A stretch of 63,987 nucleotides of DNA, counting the filler, from Choristocarpus tenellus KU-1152 (lineage: Eukaryota; Protista; Phaeophyceae), in assembly GCA_964200185.2 (NCBI GenBank). It is 13 parts of 13 records of this genome, joined end to end, with 100 filler letters (N's around TTAATTAATTAA, not from the genome) between each part and the next. Parts side by side here need not be neighbours in the genome. Positions count along the whole stretch, not along the records: positions 45,941 to 56,682 come from CAXNAD020002745.1; positions 56,783 to 60,179 come from CAXNAD020020314.1; positions 60,280 to 63,987 come from CAXNAD020018390.1; 10 more parts are not named here. One strand, given 5' to 3'. Position 1 is the stretch's first letter, and each line of letters opens with the position of its first letter. Below the pieces are notes generated by a model that worked only from the letters and a program-made list of their open reading frames with translations, did no database searches and was not told the origin of the DNA. This document shows, in pieces, positions 51,001 through 63,987 of the stretch. The position numbers were made by a program, and so were the translations under genes.

Positions 51001-53846
51001 TTGTTTTTTTCTTTACCATTCTTTTAAGGTATACCGACAGATACACATGAATGTTTGCAAATAGTAAATATATTGTGGGAAGATATCTTCCACATTTACG
51101 ACAACTGTTACTATTACAAGGGTTTATATATATTGAATTGGCTTCTTATTGGCTTTTTATTTGATTAATGTGGAAAATGTGAGAGGGTATAATAATATAT
51201 ATATTGATTGTAAGGTGAACTTCGGATATTCGATACCAGACTTCCATGAAACAATATCGGGCGTCGAAAATGTTCAAACTTTCGAAATTCATTATCGGGA
51301 TATGGATATCGGATGCCTGACTTCTATCAAAAACAAATTGGCGTCGATAAGATTCCAATTTCCAAAATTCTCCATAGGAATGTCAACAATGTTTGAACTT
51401 CCATCTACTAAATTGGGCATTGAGAAAAACGATACATATTCGGATCTCACTGAAGCTCAAGGCGAGATTTGAACTCACGAATCTCCTCTTTACAAGAGAG
51501 GCGCCTTAACCACTGGGCCACTCGAGCTTATGTACTTCGACTATTGATTATTTATATTCACATACATATTTTACAAAAAGAGGGATTCCCACGATTTTGA
51601 GTGCATTCCCTTACCACATGAACTTCAAGAATGCAAAATTGCTTTCAGAAAGTCCAATGTTGCATGTTTCATGTTGAATATTTTGAAATTTCATGGATTT
51701 CCAGATGTAGAGTTCCTCATTTTTCAACAGGTTTGTATTGACTATTAAAACTACACACACACTTGGTGGCACCTTCAGTCAAGGTCGTTTTAGTATGGTA
51801 GGTTGTTCAACAAAGCTAACCTTTTAGGGGTCTGGGGCAAGGTATAGGGCCGATATCAACTGAAGCTAGGTATGCTGTTGATAATACAATTATTGATATT
51901 ATTTGGGTATTATTTGGGATAATCTCATGTATCACTTTACTTGTTTGTCCCTTATGCCCCATTACTTAAGAACTCATTACCATATTACAATATCATGTTA
52001 GAATATCTCCTATCTGATGTGAAGGCGCAGTGCATACACACACACATGCATCAATAACAGTAACATATTGCGATGTAGGGAGATCAATCTGTGTCATCTC
52101 CAGGGGGAACTCAGAACCATGAGGGGTATGGACAGTAGTAGTAGGTGAATGCAGGGGTGAAAATGGAAGCATAGTCTATATTCACCAACATCAGGTTTTA
52201 CTGGAAGCATACACCCTCCACACAAACAACAGATGTAAAGAATAAAGACCAAGTCAAAGGAACATTCATTCACCTCATTCTTCTTCCTAATAAAGTAAGG
52301 GTGAGTGGAGAAATTCACTTTGCCCAACAAACACAATGGAGTGTTAAGCAAGATCCATTGAATGAAGCAAGAAGAAAGTGCACATACCCCTTTACCCTGC
52401 CCCCGACCTCAAATCATCATGACAAGCATGATATAGCCACTGAATTCTATTTGCCTTGACCCACTTGCCTATATGCACTTGATTTTCCCCTCTCTCCACA
52501 CTCTCTCTCTCACACACAAGGACACACCTATGAGTTCCGTTGTGCTAGGCAGAATGCAGATGGAGTAATGGGACCCTGGTCTGACCCCCTCTGGTCAACA
52601 CCCCCTTGGCGACAACACGCATCTCAAGGTAATATATCTACTTTGAGGCTCTTACTCCTCCTGTCCGTCATATCAATCATTACAATAGTAGGTCTAAGAG
52701 ACTATCAATGCACAGAACGACTATTTTGTATTGTAGTTTGTGGTTATTGTTGGGGGTGCCTTCTTGAGATGATTTTCAACAGTGCTTTTGCCTCTCAGAG
52801 TTTGTCCTACCTAAGAAGACCCTTTATTTTCATTCACTCTACACCTCCGCACCCAATACAAAAACTCAATTTGAACAAGACTCACCTATGACTGGTCAAC
52901 CTTTGAAATGCGAGACTGCAAAGTGCCTCGATGGTGCAGGACACCATGCATCCCTCCAGGATTTCACTAACAAAAACAGAATTTAACACAAGGAGAAAAA
53001 ATCCCTGGTAGTGTCTGCAGTTGCTAAGTATAGTAGTGACATGTACAACTAATCATGAGTACTATAACTAATATGTACGACCTAGAAAAATTTAAATATC
53101 ACAATCAGCCCTTGGTAATTTTAGACCCACTAACAACACAATATATCCCAAATGCCACCAGCGACTATGCTTCTAGGACATGAACCTTCAATTGATGGAC
53201 AAACACAACTTCCAACAACCAATCAGAGACCATGCTGCAATACTTCATCTTCCCCCCGTCCTCTACCCCTCCCCTCTGCCCAAAAGCACCACAGACACAA
53301 GTATAATTAATACACCCCCAATCAATACCTTCTCCAGCACCACCATCAACAGATCATATCCACTGCTTTTTGGACACCTCAACAAAGATCAAGCCCCTGT
53401 TAGATGTTCAAACGAAGGGTGCCACCACCATACTGGAGGAGTTCTTGCAACGGATATTTCAAGGTAGCAGCAACTGGGCTGCTGCTAAAGAGTCAGGGCC
53501 CCCAATCCTTCCTCTGCCATTGCCTCTCCCCTTGCCACTGGCTTCTTCAGAGAGGAGAGAGGAAGATTTGTCTGAGGATAGTAGGCATAAAAAGGAGAAA
53601 TCGTGCACCAAACGTTTTTCTTCCGAAATACTCGGTCTGACTAGAGATTCCACTATCAACACCACTAGTTCCACTGATGATGGTAATATTGCAGAGAGGG
53701 GGAGGAAATTGCAGAGGATGAAGGAAGAGGGGGACGGGGACGGCAAGGAGTGGATAGAAGGTTGGGATGCTGTTCGTTCAGAACCTTTTTTTCACTTGCC
53801 ATGTGCAGGGGTATCATTGTGGACACCCCCACCTGAGGGTTGGTGA
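48017..53846 (+). CDS. Partial gene: fibronectin type III domain plus C-terminal WW-like motif
   Basis: Exons about 48017-48145, 52521-52628 and 53338-53846 splice in phase 1 to give LYVGRRPTCVVGRLLPG|HTYEFRCARQNADGVMGPWSDP (FN3) and EWIEGWDAVRSEPFFHLPCAGVSLWTPP (WW-like). 5' end uncertain; could be a pseudogene. Confidence 0.7.
48209..48455. mobile_element. MITE family I variant (intronic)
   Basis: GACCCAAATCATTTAAGAGGG ... CCCTCTAAGATACTTTGGGTC. Confidence 0.85.
48643..48816. repeat. 54-bp minisatellite x3; first unit 9 nt longer
   Basis: Unit GGGAATGTGTAGTTCTAACCCTCAAGACTGTAGGTTGATGATGCGGCTTGAAGA. Confidence 0.95.
50627..50699 (+). tRNA. tRNA-Ile(GAT), possibly decaying
   Basis: Cloverleaf: acceptor GCTTGCG/CGTGAGT, D-stem GCTC/GAGC, anticodon arm CGGCT-CTGATAA-AGCCG, T-arm CCGGG-TTCGAGC-CCCGG, discriminator A, TTTT just downstream. 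U8 and A14 are replaced by G and C. Confidence 0.85.
50775..50962. repeat. Direct duplication (~90 bp x2) downstream of tRNA-Ile
   Basis: ACCAGTTGTACT.C.TCCGTTCGAGCCTTCCTTCGCTG...AATCTTGT.CTGGATC occurs twice. Confidence 0.85.
51454..51527 (-). tRNA. tRNA-Thr(TGT)
   Basis: GCTCGAGTGGCCCAGTGGTTAAGGCGCCTCTCTTGTAAAGAGGAGATTCGTGAGTTCAAATCTCGCCTTGAGCT; complete cloverleaf, anticodon loop CTTGTAA. Confidence 0.92.
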
Positions 53847-53847
53847 G

Positions 53848-53885
<38 letters not shown>

Positions 53886-56164
53886 GTGTGTATTCACTCC
53901 AATGTATTTTAACCTCTGGAAGAAGTACCCTTTGTCGTCTGTACAATAATAAGGACTCAATTACTCATGGTATCCGCTCAAGAGGAATTCGCACCTCCAT
54001 TATGTTAAAATATGTGAGTCAGAGTTCTGCTTGCTTGGATAATGCCTATAGTATGGGGTTTTTTTGCATAATGGATGCTCGTTCTGTTTCAGAGTCTCTC
54101 ATTCATGCCTACAGATATGAGGAGTAGAAGAGGATCGTGGGAGGAAAAAGACATTCAACACGGCACATAATAGAAACAAACACTGAAACAACATAGGCAG
54201 TGTCAATATATCAAGTATGTACATATAATCCAAGTATTCTTGGCTTGAGATGTTTCAATCTTAGTCACGATTCCATGTATACACAAATACTATTATTTTA
54301 CCTGTCAAAAGAGCCAAATTTTCATTGTATATCCGTACATCCAACAGCTTGTGACTGAGGGTCTTTCCACCTCCACTATTTTATTTCCACCCTCTATTGT
54401 GGACTGTGATTAGACACTGGATGAAATGCAGTGACTAGAGATCGGAGAAATCGAGGATGAGGTGAGAGCTGGTTTGAACTGGGGCAAGGTGCAATCAATA
54501 GTCGTTAGTATGGGAGGTGAGTACGGCCCATACAAGCACACATGCAAGAGTGGGAGCTGGAGGATCTGCAATAGTAAATACACAGGTCACGAGATGGCAA
54601 GCAGATGTGCAATAAGAAGAGCAGTGACAGGGGTCAGCTGTAGAGTCAGAGTCAGATTAGCAATAAGTGACATTTGGAATTGTCACGCCTAGCTTAATAG
54701 TGATTGGCATGGGCATGTGTGCAAAGACTTGCCTAAAGGAACAAGAATCGGTACTGAGACAAAGTAAACGAGAGGTACCTAGGTTTTGGTGGTTTTCCAT
54801 TTTATGTCACTTTAAAATGTTTTTGCAACTATTTTATCAAATAGTCAAGTAATTGTGTAGGGAAAGGAAACAAATATCGATCAGACATACTACAGTAGTA
54901 CATATGCAGGAACACATCGTACGACACAATATCTCCATCTGCATCAATCACGAGTATCAAATTGACAAAATGATATAGACAAAATATCACAATTGTGATC
55001 CAAACAGACACCTAGAATAGCTTGAGATACCCACAATAGGCTGACCGAAGTGAGGAAGAAAAGGTGCAGTACCTGTATATACCTTATTCGTCGTTGCTTA
55101 AGATATCTTTCCGGGTCACCCATTCAATAAAAGATATATAAATATATTTGAAGTACAAAGTATTTCAATCATCCAATGAGTTTACTATCTAGCTCCATTA
55201 ATGCACAATATTATGTAACAACACAAGACTCCTGTTCACTCAGTTATTCTACCCCATGCACATTTGAACATAATTTAGAACAAGAACAGCTATCCATCAA
55301 CAAACTAGCTGCTAATTTATGGAAATTGAACAAATGTATGGGAGAGGTAAGACCATACGATCCGGAATCTAAATACCACTGACATGTGACACCTAACATC
55401 GTCCATTCTGAATGCAAAAAAAAACAATACACAACATTATTACACATAATGGTATGTTAAGCATCTTGGTGCTGGCACCAAGCTGGAACTATGATTCACG
55501 ATCTACTATGTTCTTTCACCAATGTTTAACTTGCTTGCCACATTCAGTAACCACAGGACAGTGAGAATTGTGCACAATAAATAATTATTAATTATTGCAA
55601 CAGAGATACAAATAAAAAACACATATATTTGCAGCACCCGTAGAGTCAGCGTTATGATACCCTAGATAGAAAATGTTTGTTTGGCTAAATATCTCCCTCC
55701 TATGCCAACCTCAAATAGTGTACTTTCACAAATGAATGAATAATAAAAATAATCAATGCGCGAGAGTCTCTTTCAGTAAACCTGCTGCAAAATGTGTATA
55801 GTAGCATGTCCCACTTATGGAGGTTATGAAGGATGGCATATTCATGCCAACAAGAACAGCTTCAGTTTTGACAGTCCACCATGAGACAACTATTAATAAC
55901 CCTCCATGATATCATCACATCCTCGTCGAGGGACACAGGCAGCTGTAAAATTTAATCAAAAATATATAAAGCGAGACTTCAAAACAATCTCAAAAGTCCA
56001 AATACTGTAAATCTCAGACTTCTAATACCTTAAGAAGTATATATAGTTTACAGCTGTCCTACACAAGACATATCCTCAGGTGATTCAATAATTGGAAACA
56101 CATACAGACTCTAGAGGAGAATTAAAGGGTCGACCTGCACCAAAGAGTGGTGAACGGTGAAGAG

Positions 56165-56423
56165 GATCCAAATCATTTAGGAGGGTCGGAGTTTTTCCCT
56201 CTTTGTCCGTTCGGGGCTTGGCTTCCCACGGGATTTTTTATGCCCTTTTTCAGTTTTCTATGTGAACACAGTTACCTAAAATGTGTAGGACTATGAAAGG
56301 TGTATCCGGAGCAAGGATGCTGACACTTCCTAACAAACACAATAGCCAAAATTACATCAAAATCACAACATTATTTTTTTGACCCCAAACGGACGTGGTC
56401 CTATCCTCTTAAAAACTTGACTC
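56165..56423. mobile_element. MITE family I variant (degenerate)
   Basis: Colinear with 48209-48455; flanked by GAG/GAG. Confidence 0.82.
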
Positions 56424-56877
56424 GAGTCAAAAGATAGAATGGTGTAGGGAAACTGCATCCTATTTGATATCTCCTGAAATGTGGCATAGATGCTTTTTCT
56501 ATTGGTGTGTGCATGATGCTCTTTGCAACACTTTCCGTCGCTATACTTAGGGAAGAAGCCACCATCACATGTGCATTGATTGTGGCCAGTCCACTTCCAT
56601 TCATGCCAGAGTCCTGTGTTGCTCAACACACAAGGGATGGCCAATGAGATATGTCAGGACGAGGTGGGGGTGGAGTGATAAGNNNNNNNNNNNNNNNNNN
56701 NNNNNNNNNNNNNNNNNNNNNNNNNNTTAATTAATTAANNNNNNNNNNNNNNNNNNNNNNNNNNNNNNNNNNNNNNNNNNNNCCCGGGGGGGATGATAAT
56801 TATCTTTTCCTTTTTTTTTCCCCAAAAGACCCCTTGGTGTAGCCCCCCCCCCCCCCCCCCCCCAGATACTTTGGGTC

Positions 56878-57391
56878 TGGGATATGTACTCCACAACAAT
56901 GGGTGCACTACACAACTCATGGTGACGGGAGTTGACTGCTCTGTTCAGAGGCCACTGAAACACACCCTTCACGCAGCGACCTGTTGCTCCAGACTCAAGC
57001 ATCTTGCCCACATCAGACTGTTCACACCCAACAGGTAAACGATCTACCACTTCAAGCATGGCGTATTCAACCTTCTGTTGAAGTTCTAGCATTCTCCACT
57101 TTTTGCCAAAACTTCCCTTGAAACACTCTTAAGTGACACGGACAGATTCTTGCCAGGGATCAGCGGGTTGATGGTGAAGTGTACAGCATCTAGGAGCTGT
57201 TGTTCTAGCTCTTTGCCATCTTTGTGCTTATCCATCAAGGACGCCAAGTCTTCTTGGACGGGCATAGCTCTATGCTCAACAAGCAAACAAAACAATGTCA
57301 GATCATTGCTCTCTACAGTATGATCTAGGGCAGATTTCCCGTTGCTGTCCTTCAAATCCAGGTGACAAGATGCAGCCCGGACATGGATCAC
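56878..57391 (-). pseudogene. Ankyrin-repeat protein fragment, frameshifted (possibly TRP-channel-like)
   Basis: LDLKDSNGKSALDHTVESNDLTLFCLLVEHRA is an ankyrin repeat. Frameshift near 57090, then PLNRAV...ELCSAPIVVEY. Cut by a MITE II end at about 56840-56877. Confidence 0.55.
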
Positions 57392-57834
57392 ATTGTTAGT
57401 TGATGCACAGTTACGCTGACAAAGTGGAGAGAAATATCAAAATGAGGACAGTCTTGTTCGATTAGACTCTTCCAACTCTATCGAACAGTTGTGGTAAACT
57501 GTGTATGGAGTAAGAGAACAATCATTAGTGACTAAGTTTTCAGAACAGTTTATTAGTGATTATACCTATACGAGAACATTTATGATATAAAAGGCAACAT
57601 TTATGATTTTATGAGGTGGTGCATGCCCCACTTAGCTTTAATCAATCACTCTGCAAACATCAAGCAATCTCCCTGGGTTTATCACCTTTACTCTTTTGGA
57701 TGATTTGGGCGATACTTTAACACAATATATTCAACCTTAGGTTTCTAACCCATCATTTCATCATGTCTACACGTGGATATGAGAATCTACCTGTTCCTGC
57801 CGAGGGCCCATCTGTTCAAGAATTCCAGTAGCTT

Positions 57835-58790
57835 ATGGCGAAAGTAGCGGATCTTTCAAGCAACGATGGCAGTCTCATGTTGCAGTCTGATACAGTCGGC
57901 GGGATAAATTATCCTGTCGTCCACACTGCTGTGCCCAGCACACGACCTCCAGCTGGACACGTACCAGTCGAAGTGGGTCCTATGGAACCCATGTTGAGGG
58001 AAAATTTCCCAGAGAGGGAAAACAGTTCGGATGCTGTGAGCGTCAGAAGTAGGGCGAGCCGGAGGTCCGATTCTTCAGAGAGTTTAGGGTCAGACGAACA
58101 CATTGTTCACCCTACGACTAAGAGGTCAAGGACTCAGCCACCAATATTATTGGACAACTCGGACTACCAGGACTGGCGGAGGCGTTTCATCGTGCATTGC
58201 CGATATACCCACTGCCTGGATGCGTTGACAAGTGAAAGGCCAGTTAACCAAGAACGCTCCTACAAGGAACTTCTCTCGGATGGCTTCAGTGCGAATGATA
58301 TATGGATGGCCGAAGAGGCTTACTATGCATTTACTGTTGCTCTTGTCACACCCACCACAAGGGCTCTATACTATACGCACCAAAGCCAGAGCGAGCTTTT
58401 CCGAGCAATAGATGATTGGTTCATGCCTAATACAGTGGGTAATAGCCAACATTTGTTTTGTGAGTTTTTCCCTTCTAAGGTAGAGAAGGGGGCGAATCCG
58501 ATGCTGACCTTAACTCACTTGGAGGAGCTACAGGGGAGGATGCTATCAATGGACTTCGTCATCTCGGACAAGCTGCTGCTCCTACAGTTTTTGAGTGCTC
58601 TCGGTTCAGATTATGATACCGAGATACACATGATGGCCTCGTAAAGGACACTCTGTCGAGCAGACGTAGAGAAAACTGTTAGAGAGCAATATGCTTCCCT
58701 TCATGAGGGGAAGGAGTCAAGACACAAGAACAGCCACGCTTTGGTTGTTAGGAGCTCATCACAGAGGAAGAATCAATCTCATCATAACGG
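57835..58790 (+). mobile_element. Ty1/Copia gag remnant
   Basis: DYQDWRRRF...LFRAIDDWF.P...NPM..L..LEEL...LQFLSALGSDYDTE fits the Copia gag (UBN2-like) pattern. In-frame stop at 58642, after which the frame continues (RADVEKTVREQY). Confidence 0.8.
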
Positions 58791-59023
58791 ATAAGGTTAC
58801 CGTTGTGGGGTTAACAATTGTCCCACCCCGCACCAACAAGCAAGCCTTCCTTCGGGGGCTGGGGGACACGTTGCAGTCGTACATCAAGATATACGTATCG
58901 TATACACCATCACTATCAACAATACACCACTTTTATCACGTCCAAAATATGTACACTTTGTATATTTTGATGCACTGATGCCTCCATGTCTTTATATCTC
59001 GATATCTTCCTCTATGTATGATA

Positions 59024-60179
59024 AAGTGGTACCAATAGCTTCGCGGTCTGTGGTAATCTTGCTTTTTTTCACTGTCGACCCAGGAGAGGTATGCAACAAT
59101 ATATATATATATATATAAAATAAACGCTTATGCCAAGAGGGGTTGAATGTTTGTATGGAGGAATGTATTAACTCCAGTTAACGGGAACTATATCCCGATC
59201 AAAGAATGGCAAAAACGCGGGGGAATAACTCCGGCGCAATTTTGATGGTCACAATATCAAAAGATACAAAAATGAAATGGTTGGCTGAATTCCCCCGCAA
59301 AAAACTGGCCCGGGATAGGCCCTGCTAATTTACGGCGCGTTTGGCTCTACCAAAAAAAAAAGCAAGATTCTCAGACATCTTTTTTACGCTTTTTACAGAC
59401 TTCCTGTGAACACACACACAGGTGACCCACAGAGCAATATAGATAATGACGGTGAGAAAAGGAGAGCCGCGGAGGTCACTCTGCCCCCTGGATCTACCCT
59501 CGGCACCTTTTCTGCCAAGATGCGACAGAAAAACAAGTACCACATGAGGTTCAGTGCAATGTTAGGTGATGAGAAAGTGCGTGTAATGTGGCGCAGCAGC
59601 ATGATCAAATCGCGAAATGGACCACGCAGTCGTGGCATTGACTCTGAGAGAAGATGCATTGAAAGCATGACCACACAAACGTGGTTGGATCTTCAACCAC
59701 GTCGGAGCACTGCTCTGCAGTCTCGGCCGCCTCGGGAAAGTAGGAAGAGAGCGGCGAGTCCATCACCAGGTGTGGTACAGTGACGAAGTCTGCAGGGAAG
59801 CCCTGGTCACGGCGGGCGATGGGAGAACCAGAGTGATCGGCCGAAGGAAAGGTTGGGGAGGAGAGCAGTGCGACTGCGTGAAATTGCGCTCAGGAAACGC
59901 CTAAGCGAAAACCCGGGTGTAGAATATCTTAGTAGTCGACAGTTGCAGCAGACCCTAGTTGCTTGGAAGCTATGTGAGCCAGAGTGGTTTAGGAAACGAG
60001 AAAGAAGGTGTTAGGGTTGGGCTACAAGGACTCTGAAGCCCAAAAGAAGGTAACCTATTTCAGGCGCTCAACGAGGAAATATGATAGTAAAGGCTCTAAC
60101 ACTGCAAATCCTGTACCTGTGTATGAACGACGGGAAAGACCGTCAAATGGCGCTCGAGATGGCAACAGGATATGCGATG
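59024..60179 (+). mobile_element. 5' part of the IS630/Tc1/mariner-like element (short deletion form)
   Basis: TA|AAGTGGTACCAATAGCTTCGCGGTCTG left TIR; colinear with 43131 onward and with 1-357. Confidence 0.8.
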
Positions 60180-60465
60180 NNNNNNNNNNNNNNNNNNNNN
60201 NNNNNNNNNNNNNNNNNNNNNNNTTAATTAATTAANNNNNNNNNNNNNNNNNNNNNNNNNNNNNNNNNNNNNNNNNNNNGTGTACAATGGCAGCAGTCTA
60301 CAAATCAGCACTGCTCAAAAAGTAAAAACAACATGTATAGAAATGCCCCCTAAGGGTGTGAAATCCTCCCACACAAAGACTTCAAGCGCCTCTTTGCCCC
60401 CCCCCCTGTTGTGCAGACACCCTTAACCTAAATTGTAAATGTACTCGAAGGACACACACACACAC

Positions 60466-60558
60466 ATATAAATATAAATATAAATATAAACATAAATATA
60501 AATATAAACATAAATGTAAATATAAATATAAACATAAATATAAATATACATATAAATA
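60466..60558. repeat. (ATAAAY)n microsatellite
   Basis: Read directly. Confidence 0.9.
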
Positions 60559-60842
60559 TGGAGAGAGAGGCATCCTATCTATTAGAGGGGGATGTAGTTG
60601 AGTATTGTAGCTATTGCAAGTGCCATATAGTGCAGTGCTTCTAACACTCTAGAGAGAGCAGCTTCAGTCCTATATGGACAAAGGTTTGTGTGTGTGTTTG
60701 TGTTCTCTTCTACAGCCTCTATGGGTAGTTAACATAAGTGAGGTTAAGGTTCATTTCATTCCAGGCATGGGAATAGTGTGTCAACTAGGAGGTTAAAAAA
60801 AACACCTTAATACTCAAAAGAGTCCTAAATTAACCCCCTCTA

Positions 60843-63957
<3,115 letters not shown>

Positions 63958-63987
63958 CTGGACTCATCAATAAGTATATATATATAT

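Overview
This is not one locus. It is 13 short eukaryotic contigs joined by 100-nt N/TTAATTAATTAA/N linkers, so synteny holds only within a contig. Long GT-AG introns, a signal-peptide+Phe (ASAF-type) plastid presequence and interstitial TTAGGG point to a photosynthetic stramenopile, probably a brown alga or close relative (inference). Genes rebuilt by hand from splice sites and phase: a partial mTERF-like gene; complex I subunit NDUFC2/B14.5b head-to-head with an unnamed mitochondrial single-TM protein; a plastid-targeted aldo-keto reductase exon head-to-head with a Lys/Asp/Glu-rich N-terminus (eIF5B- or ABCF-like); an FN3 + WW-like gene whose 4.4-kb intron holds two tRNA genes; and two exons of a KDM2/KDM7-type JmjC demethylase. 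The rest is mostly mobile DNA: Ty3/Gypsy and Copia remnants, an IS630/Tc1/mariner-like element whose TIRs and N-terminal transposase can be rebuilt from four copies, and very abundant MITEs sharing a G(A/G)(G/C)YCAAAGTATCT terminus, some nested three deep. Best leads: a nuclear tRNA-Ile with a GAU anticodon, a CpG-decay signature between repeat copies, telomere repeats apparently added inside repeats, the unclassified MITE group, and the divergent mitochondrial gene pair. I cannot show a wholly new multi-gene system from this window. All family calls are motif recognition by eye, not database searches.
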